Made by a program: the position numbers and the translations under genes
Shown: one piece after another, positions 36,616 to 44,823 of the stretch
Layout of the letters: every line of letters starts with the position of its first letter
How positions within the stretch are numbered: position 1 is the first letter of the stretch
Notes under the pieces: generated by a model
What the model saw: only the letters and a program-made list of their open reading frames with translations
Database searches by the model: none
Told to the model about the DNA's origin: nothing
Assembly (NCBI GenBank): GCA_965248575.1
Contig: CBDFJQ010000002.1
Span: 4,992,001 to 5,056,000 of the forward strand
Origin: Planctomycetota bacterium
GTDB lineage: Bacteria > Planctomycetota > B15-G4
Direction: 5' to 3'
Length of the DNA: 64,000 nucleotides

Positions 36616-37899
36616 ATGGGCACGCTGTCCCATCTGACCCGCGACCCCCTGCGCACCATCCGCTCCAGCTCCCCCATTCATGCTGGTCGTGAAAGCCAGG
36701 GGTCTCGCCTGCCACGGCTTGCGTTGATTCTGTGCTTCTCTGGCCTGCTGATCGCTTGTGGGTCCGGCGGCGAGAGCGGACCTGCCCGCATGGAGATCAC
36801 CAAGACGCGCGTGTTGAAGCCTGTGGATTCGGCACTCGCCGGGCGCGTCGACCCGGTCATGGCTGCGCGCGCAGGGGGCAGTCGCGGCACGCCTTCCGCT
36901 GCTTCCGCGAAGATCCACTATATCCTGCCGGCCGGCTGGGTGGAGCTGCCGACGACCTCTATGCGCGTGGCGAATTTCTCACTCGAGGCCGAGCCGCGGG
37001 CCGAGTGCTATCTCACGCAGTTGCCCGGCACAGCCGGCGGGTTGGCGGCCAACGTCAACCGTTGGCGTGGCCAGATGGGCCTGCCCGCCTTGTCCGAAGA
37101 AGTGGTGAACGAGCTGCCGCGCTTCGAGTTCCTGGGCGGCGGTGCCGTATCCCTGGATGTGGAGGGCACCTGGTCCGGAATGGGCGGCGGGGAAGGGGAG
37201 GCCGGCTGGCGCATGCTCGGCCTCTTACTCGTCGACCCTGCAGGGAGCGCCTTCCTGAAGATGGTGGGTCCGAGCGAAGTGATCGCGGTCGAGCGGGAAC
37301 GTTTCGCAAAGCTCGCGGCGTCCATGCACGGCGGAGACGGACACAGTCACGGCGATTCCGAAGACGGAAGTGCCCCCGATGGGGGCAACTCAGGGAGTCT
37401 GCTTTCCGGAGGTGGCCCCGTCAGCTCCCCGGGAGATCCGGCCCCTCCGCCCACGTCCATCTCCCAGGGGCTGTCGTGGGTGGCACCGGAGGCCTGGGAT
37501 TCAGCCCCTGATCGCCCCTTCCGCAACGCCAACTACTTTGCTGGCAGCGAAGCGGTGGAGGCCTACATCTCGGTCTTGCCCGGAGACGCGGGTGGCCCAC
37601 TGGCCAACGTGAATCGCTGGCGTTCGCAGATGGGCCAAGGCCCGCTGAACATCGAAGAGTTCGATGGATTGGAACGCCTGGCCATGCTCGACAGCGCAGG
37701 GGTCCTGATCGAGATCGAGGGCTCCTATCAATCCATGTCCGGCGGGAATCTGCCGGAGGCCATGATGCTTGGGGTCTTGGGGCAGGTTCCCGGGCGCTCG
37801 GTCTTCGTCAAGATGATCGGCCCGACCGACCTGGTGCTGGAGCAGCGCGAATCATTCCTGGAGTTTTGTCGCTCCCTCGAGACAGTCACCGGCGGTTGA
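36616..37899 (+). CDS. Uncharacterised lipoprotein with a duplicated domain, first gene of the cytochrome c maturation operon
   Basis: Lipobox LIAC; two copies of P.[GA]W..R.AN..L.G.AGG..ANVNRWR.QMG..F[LV]KM.GP..F; His-rich linker HGGDGHSHGD. Confidence 0.8.
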   Translation: MGTLSHLTRDPLRTIRSSSPIHAGRESQGSRLPRLALILCFSGLLIACGSGGESGPARMEITKTRVLKPVDSALAGRVDPVMAARAGGSRGTPSAASAKIHYILPAGWVELPTTSMRVANFSLEAEPRAECYLTQLPGTAGGLAANVNRWRGQMGLPALSEEVVNELPRFEFLGGGAVSLDVEGTWSGMGGGEGEAGWRMLGLLLVDPAGSAFLKMVGPSEVIAVERERFAKLAASMHGGDGHSHGDSEDGSAPDGGNSGSLLSGGGPVSSPGDPAPPPTSISQGLSWVAPEAWDSAPDRPFRNANYFAGSEAVEAYISVLPGDAGGPLANVNRWRSQMGQGPLNIEEFDGLERLAMLDSAGVLIEIEGSYQSMSGGNLPEAMMLGVLGQVPGRSVFVKMIGPTDLVLEQRESFLEFCRSLETVTGG

Positions 37900-37924
37900 G
37901 CTGGGTTCAGACAAGGAGTCACAC

Positions 37925-39085
37925 GTGGCGGCCGACGGCAACCGCATCATCAAGTTCTTCTCATCGTTCAAGCTGAGTGTCGTCCTGCTCATGCTGCTGG
38001 GGCTGCTGACATGGTTCGGCACCCTTGAGCAGGCTGAGCACGGCCTCTATGAGGTGCAGAAGAAGTATTTCGAGTCGTACGTCTTGATGCACGACGTCGG
38101 GCCCATCTCCATCCCGCTGCCGGGAGCCAACCTGGTGATGACGATGCTCTTCCTGAACCTCGTCGTCGGCGGGCTGTGGAGGATCCGCAAGGGGGCGCGG
38201 CAAGCGGGTGTGTTGGTGGTGCACGTGGGCATCCTGCTGCTGCTGGTGTCCGGTTTCATCAAGCTGAATCACTCGGAAGATGGGCACGTCACCCTCTACG
38301 AGAACGGCACCGCCAACACCTTCCAGAGCTACCACCGCTGGGAGCTCGCCATCTCCCGGACGATGCCTGACGGGGGCGTCGAGGAGTGGCTCATCCCGCA
38401 GGAGGACTTCCTGGAGCTCCCGGAGGGCGAGACACGGACCTTGTTTGCCGATTCGATTCCTTTCGAACTCGAGCTGAGTCACGTGATGCCCAACGCGCAG
38501 CGCATGCCCAAGGGCCCCATGTTCGATGTGGATGTGCCGGTCATCGACGGACAGTTCCTCCAGCGCCAGGAGCGAGTCCCGGACGCGGAGCGCAACACCG
38601 CCGGTGTCTACGTGGCGCTGCGCAGCGAGGGTGAGGGCGATGGGGAAGAGTTGCTGCTCTGGGGGCGTGACTTCGGGCCCACGACCCATCTCGTGGAGGG
38701 AATGCCCTGGCAGCTACAGCTGCGCAAGGAGCGGTACCCCATGCCCTTCAGCATCGCGCTGGACGACTTCCTCAAGGAGGACCACCCGGGGACGTCCATG
38801 CCCAGCTGGTTCTCGAGTGATGTGACGGTGGTGGAGGGCGGCAGCGCTCGCACAGTGCGCATCTCCATGAACGAGCCATTGCGCAGTGATGGCTTGGTGC
38901 TCTACCAGGCGTCCTGGGGGCCGGCCAATGCACCACCGGGCACGCCCCTGTTCTCCACCCTGGCCGTGGTGCGCAACCCGGCCGACCAGTATCCGCTGTA
39001 CGCCTGCATCCTCATCGCCATCGGGCTGTTGTTGCACTTCTCGCGTTCCCTGACTCGCTATGTTCGCTCGGAGGCCCGGTCATGA
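37925..39085 (+). CDS. resB: Cytochrome c biogenesis protein, ResB/CcsB-like (system II)
   Basis: FFSSFKLSVVLL..GTL, TM His (VHVGILLLL), ISMNEPL..YQAS, C-terminal TM. Confidence 0.82.
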   Translation: MAADGNRIIKFFSSFKLSVVLLMLLGLLTWFGTLEQAEHGLYEVQKKYFESYVLMHDVGPISIPLPGANLVMTMLFLNLVVGGLWRIRKGARQAGVLVVHVGILLLLVSGFIKLNHSEDGHVTLYENGTANTFQSYHRWELAISRTMPDGGVEEWLIPQEDFLELPEGETRTLFADSIPFELELSHVMPNAQRMPKGPMFDVDVPVIDGQFLQRQERVPDAERNTAGVYVALRSEGEGDGEELLLWGRDFGPTTHLVEGMPWQLQLRKERYPMPFSIALDDFLKEDHPGTSMPSWFSSDVTVVEGGSARTVRISMNEPLRSDGLVLYQASWGPANAPPGTPLFSTLAVVRNPADQYPLYACILIAIGLLLHFSRSLTRYVRSEARS

Positions 39086-41112
39086 TGGGTGCTCGATCTG
39101 GTATCAGCCGGTACTCGCCGGTCTTGGCCATTGCTGCGGCCTTCCTCCTGCTGAGCGTCGCCCTGGTGCCACGCACCTGGGCCCAAGACGCGGCTCCAGA
39201 GGACCACAGCACCCACAACCACGGGAACGCCAGCGGGGACCGTGGTTGGCCCGAAGCCGTCGTCGAGCAGGTCGAGGGCCTGCCGGTGCAGGATGGGGGG
39301 CGCGTGAAGCCGTTCCACACCTACGCAGGCTTCACGCTCTTGCGCCTGCACGGCTCTCGACGCTTGACGGTCAGCGAAGACGGCGAGGACAAGCGCCTGA
39401 GCCCCGTGGAATGGATGCTCGATGCCCTGCTTCGCCCGCATTTCGCTGCCGGTGACGACCTCTTCCTCGTCCAGAACGGCGAGGTGGTTGAGGCCATGGG
39501 CTTGCCGCTGGGTGCGGATCGTGGTCGCACGCACTACTCCCTGAACACTCTCCAGCCGGGGCTCGGCAAGTTGTTCGAGCTGGCTCGGGAGTACAGCCAC
39601 ATTGAAGACAAGAATCGCAGCCCCGTTCAGCAACAGGTGGTGCTGCTGGCTGGCAACGTGGACCTCTATCTGGGCATCCAGTCGGAGATGTCCTGGGCCA
39701 GGGCGAGCTTCGAGGTGGGGCCCGGCGAGCGTCTCGCGGCCTTGATGGATGGGCGCACCGTGGTGACCCTGCACGAGGTGGTCGAGAAGGCCCTGGGGCT
39801 GCAGATGCTCTGGCAGGAGCTGGAGCAGGCAACGGACGCTACGTCCGCGGACGAGCTGCACAGTGTGCAGGGCTTGCTCGAAGGGGCCTATCGTCGGGTC
39901 GAACGTTCGATGCTGGCGTTCCTCCCACCCGTCGCCTCCAGCGAGAAGGAGCCCGAGTGGATGCGGCCTGTGGACGTCTTCTTGCTGGCGATGCGCGGAG
40001 AGCCTGTCGCCGACGTGCACCTCCAGGCCCTGGCGGGTTGGGAAGCTGCCGCTCAGCACAGCAACGATGCGGTGGTCGTTGCCCATGAACTGGGCGGCGT
40101 CTCAGGTGGGATCTTCGGTCTGGCAGAGGCGCGCGGTGAGGGCGATTCCCTCAGCCTGGAGCTCACCTACTACAAGATGGACTTGCTGACCTGGAGCCTG
40201 TCGCTGTTCGTGCTGGCCTTCCTCAGCTGCGCATTCCTCTGGATGGCGCCCCGCAGCAAGTGGCTCTACCGCCTTGGTTGGGTGTTCTCGGCCAACGCGT
40301 ATCTGCTGTTGGTGGCTGCGATCACCATGCGCTGCATCATTCGCAATCGGCCGCCCGTGAGCACGCTCTACGAGACGGTCTTGTTCGTGGCTGCGACGGC
40401 TGGGCTGTCCGCCTTGGTCATGGAGGCCATCAACAAGCGCCGCATCGCACTGTCCTCTGCCGCGCTGTTCGGGATGGTCATGCTGTTCATTGCGAATGGC
40501 TACGAGGTGCTCGACAAGCGGGACACCATGCCCAGCCTCGTGGCCGTCCTGGACACGAACTTCTGGCTCGCGACGCACGTCACCACCATCACCATGGGCT
40601 ATGCAGCGGGCATGCTGGCGGCGCTGCTCGGCAGCATCTGGGTGCTGGGAAAGACGCTGCGCCTCAAGAAGAACGACCCGTCCTTCTACAAGGGCCTGTC
40701 GCGCATGGTGTACGGGATCATCTGCTTCGCAGCGACGTTGTCCATCGTGGGCACCATCCTGGGTGGCATCTGGGCCAACGACAGTTGGGGGCGCTTCTGG
40801 GGCTGGGACCCCAAGGAAAACGGCGCGCTCATGATCGTCATCTGGCAGGTGGCCATGTTGCATGCGCGCATGGCGGGTTGGTTGCGTGACAAGGGCTTCG
40901 CCCTGGCGGCAGCCTTCGGCGGGACCGTGATTGCCTTCTCTTGGTGGGGCGTGAACCTGCTGGGGGTCGGGCTGCACAGCTACGGCTTCACCAGCGGCAT
41001 CCACTCAGCGCTCTCGACGTACTACTACATCCAGTGGTCCATCGTCGGCATCGGATTGCTGGCGGTGCCAGGTGTCGTGAAGGCCATCAAGCCCGGGCCA
41101 GCTGCGAGCTGA
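39082..41112 (+). CDS. ccsA: Cytochrome c biogenesis protein CcsA/ResC with large N-terminal periplasmic domain
   Basis: LPVQDGGRVKP, RPPVSTLYE, FWLATHV, WWD motif GGIWANDSWGRFWGWDPKEN, GVGLHSYG. Confidence 0.93.
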   Translation: MMGARSGISRYSPVLAIAAAFLLLSVALVPRTWAQDAAPEDHSTHNHGNASGDRGWPEAVVEQVEGLPVQDGGRVKPFHTYAGFTLLRLHGSRRLTVSEDGEDKRLSPVEWMLDALLRPHFAAGDDLFLVQNGEVVEAMGLPLGADRGRTHYSLNTLQPGLGKLFELAREYSHIEDKNRSPVQQQVVLLAGNVDLYLGIQSEMSWARASFEVGPGERLAALMDGRTVVTLHEVVEKALGLQMLWQELEQATDATSADELHSVQGLLEGAYRRVERSMLAFLPPVASSEKEPEWMRPVDVFLLAMRGEPVADVHLQALAGWEAAAQHSNDAVVVAHELGGVSGGIFGLAEARGEGDSLSLELTYYKMDLLTWSLSLFVLAFLSCAFLWMAPRSKWLYRLGWVFSANAYLLLVAAITMRCIIRNRPPVSTLYETVLFVAATAGLSALVMEAINKRRIALSSAALFGMVMLFIANGYEVLDKRDTMPSLVAVLDTNFWLATHVTTITMGYAAGMLAALLGSIWVLGKTLRLKKNDPSFYKGLSRMVYGIICFAATLSIVGTILGGIWANDSWGRFWGWDPKENGALMIVIWQVAMLHARMAGWLRDKGFALAAAFGGTVIAFSWWGVNLLGVGLHSYGFTSGIHSALSTYYYIQWSIVGIGLLAVPGVVKAIKPGPAAS

Positions 41113-41122
41113 TCGGGTTCGC

Positions 41123-42688
41123 ATGATGCATGCCTGGGGGGGGGTGAAGGGACGGCCTGCCGGCAGGTTGCTGACGTGCCTCGCCTTGTGCGTCCTCGGT
41201 CTGGGTCTAGCGGCCTGTCAGTCCCCTTGCGGGGGGGGGGCGGACAACTTGGCAGGACGAGCGTGGCCTGGGGCTCGCGAGCAGCCCCCGAACCTGCTGG
41301 TGTTCCTTGTCGATGATCTGGGCTGGCAAGACGTCTCCCTTCCGCTGCACACCCATGCGACGGAGTTCAACGAGCGCTACCGGACTCCGCACCTGGAGCA
41401 GCTCGCAGCCGAAGGTCTGGTCTTCACACAGGCCTACGCGTCGGCGCCGGTGTGCACCCCGACTCGCACGAGCCTGATGACGGGCAGTTCGCCGGCCCGC
41501 TCCCACATCACCTACTGGATCTTGCATGAGGGTCAGGACACCTCCGCTGCTTGGGATGGCCTGCAACCACCGGCGTGGGAGCTGAACGGTCTGCAGCCGG
41601 GCGCCGTGACGCTCCCGGGGCTGCTACGCGAGGCCGGCTACCGCACGATCCACGTAGGCAAGGCGCATCTGGGTGCGAAGGGGACGCCAGGCGAGGATCC
41701 CGTGGCGTTGGGTTTCGATGTCAACATTGCGGGACACGGCGCGGGAGCACCTGCGAGTTACCTGGGGTCGGAGTCCTATAGCCGCGGCACGGTCTGGGAC
41801 GTTCCCGGCTTGGCGGACTGGCACGGGCAGGACGTGTTTCTCACGGACGCTCTCGCTGTGGAAGCGGGGCGAGCTGTTCGCGACGCCGTAGCGGCCGAGA
41901 AGCCCTTCTTCCTGCACATGGCACCCTACGCGGTGCACACACCGATCAGCGCGAATGACGCACGCGTCGGGGCCTACTCGCACCTGCCTGCCCGGGAGGC
42001 TGCCTACGCCAGCATGATCGAAACCGTCGACGCGGCCTTGGGCTCGTTGATGCAGACCCTGGACGACTTGGGAGTGCGCGACAACACGTTGGTGGTGTTC
42101 ACCTCGGACAACGGCGGGCTCTCGGCCCATGGTCGGGACGGGCCTGCTCACACTCACAACGCTCCCTTGCGCAGCGGCAAGGGCTCGGCCTATGAGGGCG
42201 GCCTGCGCGTTCCGGCCGTGATGACGTGGCCAGGCCAGATCGCGGCCGCTGGTCGAACCGACGTTCCCATCGTGACGCACGATCTCTTCCCGACCCTGCT
42301 CGCGGCGGCCGGCGTGGCGCTACCGCAAACGCATGCGCCCGCTGTGGACGGCCAGGATCTGCGCCCTGTCTTCGCGGCGCAGGGCCAGCTCGAAGAGCGC
42401 GATCTGCTCTGGCACCAGCCTCACTACTGGGGGGTCGCGGGTCCTGGGATCCAGCCCTTCAGCGCCCTGCGCTCCGGTGAGTGGAAGATCATCTTCTGGC
42501 ACGCCACCGGGCAGCTGGAGCTCTACAACCTGGCCGAGGACGTGGGTGAGCAGCGGAACCTGGCGGACAGCGAACCGGAGCGCCTGAAGATGCTGGCGGG
42601 GCGACTGGGCGCTGCGCTGCGGGAGGCCGGGGCACAACCGTCACGAAACGCCCACTCAGGCGTCGTGGTTCCCTGGCCCGACGCCTGA
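41123..42688 (+). CDS. Arylsulfatase (formylglycine-dependent, Cys-type)
   Basis: DDLGWQD, canonical CTPTR, GKAHLG, YAVHTP, SDNGG, PLRSGKGSAYEGGLRVP. Confidence 0.92.
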   Translation: MMHAWGGVKGRPAGRLLTCLALCVLGLGLAACQSPCGGGADNLAGRAWPGAREQPPNLLVFLVDDLGWQDVSLPLHTHATEFNERYRTPHLEQLAAEGLVFTQAYASAPVCTPTRTSLMTGSSPARSHITYWILHEGQDTSAAWDGLQPPAWELNGLQPGAVTLPGLLREAGYRTIHVGKAHLGAKGTPGEDPVALGFDVNIAGHGAGAPASYLGSESYSRGTVWDVPGLADWHGQDVFLTDALAVEAGRAVRDAVAAEKPFFLHMAPYAVHTPISANDARVGAYSHLPAREAAYASMIETVDAALGSLMQTLDDLGVRDNTLVVFTSDNGGLSAHGRDGPAHTHNAPLRSGKGSAYEGGLRVPAVMTWPGQIAAAGRTDVPIVTHDLFPTLLAAAGVALPQTHAPAVDGQDLRPVFAAQGQLEERDLLWHQPHYWGVAGPGIQPFSALRSGEWKIIFWHATGQLELYNLAEDVGEQRNLADSEPERLKMLAGRLGAALREAGAQPSRNAHSGVVVPWPDA

Positions 42689-42725
42689 GCGACTCCAGAG
42701 CCAGGGGAGGCGGATTGCGCCTAAT

Positions 42726-43706
42726 TCAGGGTCCCGTGCCCGTGGCCGCTTGCAGGGCGGCCGCCAAGTCGATGCGGACGCTGTCCGCCGGAATCAGGCC
42801 TTGCTGGATCAAGGCTTGCAGGATGAGCGCGGCCACGGCAGCGAGCCCTTCCTGAGTGGGGTGCAGCGCGTCGTACTGCATGAGTTGAAGATCGTCGGAG
42901 GCTGGCCACGCTTGCCCGGCGATGGGCTGCGGCGGAACGGCCATCAGGTGCGCGTAGATGTCGGGAACAGACACGATGAACACGTTGTCGTTCTCCTCAG
43001 CCCACATATGCACCCGGGCGTCGAGCAGGTGAAGGGCCGCCCGCGTGGGGACCTGCGACCGGCTGAGCATCTTGCCGATGGCCTCGGTGACTACGGGATA
43101 GGGGCTGACGATCACGGGGCAGTCGAAGCGCTCCAGCTTTTCCAGGCCTTGCTCCAGCAACACGAATCGGGAGGCCTCGGGCGGTAGGTCGCCGTAGCCG
43201 AACCAGAAGAGGTAGTCGAGGGCGATGACGAGGGTGGGCTCGTGCTGTTCGACACGGCTAGCGAGCACCTCACCAGTGTTGTCCGGCGCGAGGAAGAAGA
43301 AAGAACTGGCGGCGGAAAGCACGGGTTCGTGAGGGCCGACGATCATGGCGTCGACGAAGGCGTTGAGAGTGACCCGCGTGCCGAACCCGTTGGAGGCGCT
43401 GGAGCCCAGCACTGCGACGCGGTCGAGCAGGCTGGAATCAGCGCGTGTGCTCGTAGCTGCTTGAGGCGCGTCGGCAGTCGAGGTCGGGGAAGCTGCGGCC
43501 GGTGCCGGTACGGGTACGGGTACGGGTACGGGTGCGGGTACGGGTACGGGTGCGGGTGCGGGAAGCGTGGACCGCGAAGCGGCGCAACTCCCCAACGCCA
43601 AGCTGAGCACCAGGGCTGGCAATCCCAGGCCGAGGAACGTCCGACCTCGCCGGGACTTTCGGTGCTGCCTGCGTGTCCTCAACTCATGCATCACGTGGCC
43701 TCTCAT
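42726..43706 (-). CDS. SGNH/GDSL-like hydrolase lipoprotein with Pro-Val/Pro-Ala linker
   Basis: Lipobox LGSC; VAVLGSSASNGFG (block I-like); DALHPT (DxxH). Confidence 0.6.
   Translation of the reverse strand: MRGHVMHELRTRRQHRKSRRGRTFLGLGLPALVLSLALGSCAASRSTLPAPAPVPVPAPVPVPVPVPAPAAASPTSTADAPQAATSTRADSSLLDRVAVLGSSASNGFGTRVTLNAFVDAMIVGPHEPVLSAASSFFFLAPDNTGEVLASRVEQHEPTLVIALDYLFWFGYGDLPPEASRFVLLEQGLEKLERFDCPVIVSPYPVVTEAIGKMLSRSQVPTRAALHLLDARVHMWAEENDNVFIVSVPDIYAHLMAVPPQPIAGQAWPASDDLQLMQYDALHPTQEGLAAVAALILQALIQQGLIPADSVRIDLAAALQAATGTGP
43500..43561. repeat. 6-bp tandem repeat (CGGGTA/CGGGTG) encoding a PV/PA linker
   Basis: About ten imperfect hexamer copies. Confidence 0.85.
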
Positions 43707-43995
43707 GCAGCGCTCTCACCATTCTCGGTCTCCTCCCCAGATCTGCCCCCGGGGCTCTTGCTTGGGTCTGTCGTAGGGGCGTTGCCTGTCGTTTCACCTA
43801 TGCATCAGCCGCTCAGGTGAAGAATCATGACTTCCTGGAGCGGTCGGCTCAATTCATGCGACCCGCGATCCGAAAAGTGGCCCTTCGACGGAGCGTTCGC
43901 GCCCCGCGCGATGCATCCCGATCGAATGAGTCACAGGCGCCACGCCGGTTCGCCCTTGCGAGCTGCGCTGCCGCCGCCCCCGCGAGACTGATCCC

Positions 43996-44742
43996 GTGAC
44001 CAAGCCCTTCCTCCTGCGCCTCGCCCTGGCCCTGCCCCTGGCAGGTCTGGTCAGTTGCGCGAGCCTCTTCTCATCTCCCGACAACAGCCTCACCATGGCA
44101 GACTCCCTCTTGGACAGGGTGGAGCGCATGCACGTCGAGTCGGTGCTCTCCCGGGAGCGCATGAAAGAAGCGCTCGTCTCCTTGAGGGCCATCGTCTCCC
44201 CCGACTTCGAGGGGGACGCCCTCGCCTCCTTCGCGCTTTTCGTGGACGCCGTGGATCGTTCGGAGGAGCAGCAGCGCCGGCTCAGCGGAAGCGTCGGCCC
44301 CATGGAACGCAGCGCCAACAAGGCGTTCGAAGCCTGGAGCGGCAATGTGCAAGCCATCGGCAGTGAGTCCCTGAAGCGTCATGGCAAGGGACGCCTTCTG
44401 GAATCGAAGGAACGCTACGACACGATCCTCGAGTCTCTCGTGCCTGCTCAGGAGACCTACGCCCAGTTCAACGCGCGGCTCCGGGACCACGCCCTCTTCT
44501 TGGGTCTCGATTACACAGCCTCCGCCGTGTCAGAGCTGGGTCAGGAGGTGAGTGAACTCCTGGACCTCGCCCGTTCCCTCGATTCCCAGTTCCGGGCCTG
44601 CGAGGAAGCTGCCGAGACCTACGTCAGGGAATCGGCCCTGCGAGGACAGGTGCAGATCACCCGGGCCCAGGCCCGCGTCAGCACCCGTGGCAAGGCAGGC
44701 GATGCGAGTGCCGATGAGTTCGTGGCCAGCAACAACCGCTGA
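43996..44742 (+). CDS. DUF2959-like alpha-helical lipoprotein
   Basis: Lipobox LVSC; coiled-coil; FEAW..SLKR..L..SKERY..LRDHALFLG. Confidence 0.6.
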   Translation: MTKPFLLRLALALPLAGLVSCASLFSSPDNSLTMADSLLDRVERMHVESVLSRERMKEALVSLRAIVSPDFEGDALASFALFVDAVDRSEEQQRRLSGSVGPMERSANKAFEAWSGNVQAIGSESLKRHGKGRLLESKERYDTILESLVPAQETYAQFNARLRDHALFLGLDYTASAVSELGQEVSELLDLARSLDSQFRACEEAAETYVRESALRGQVQITRAQARVSTRGKAGDASADEFVASNNR

Positions 44743-44823
44743 GCTCTACTGATACCGGCGCTGCAGGATTGAACGCATCCCCGGGTCGCCGGCCGCACGC
44801 CAGCTACGCAGAAGAGAGTTGCC

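Noticed and set aside
43500..43561. Hexamer repeat as a phase-variation switch
   Set aside because: Unit length is a multiple of 3, so it only changes Pro-rich linker length.
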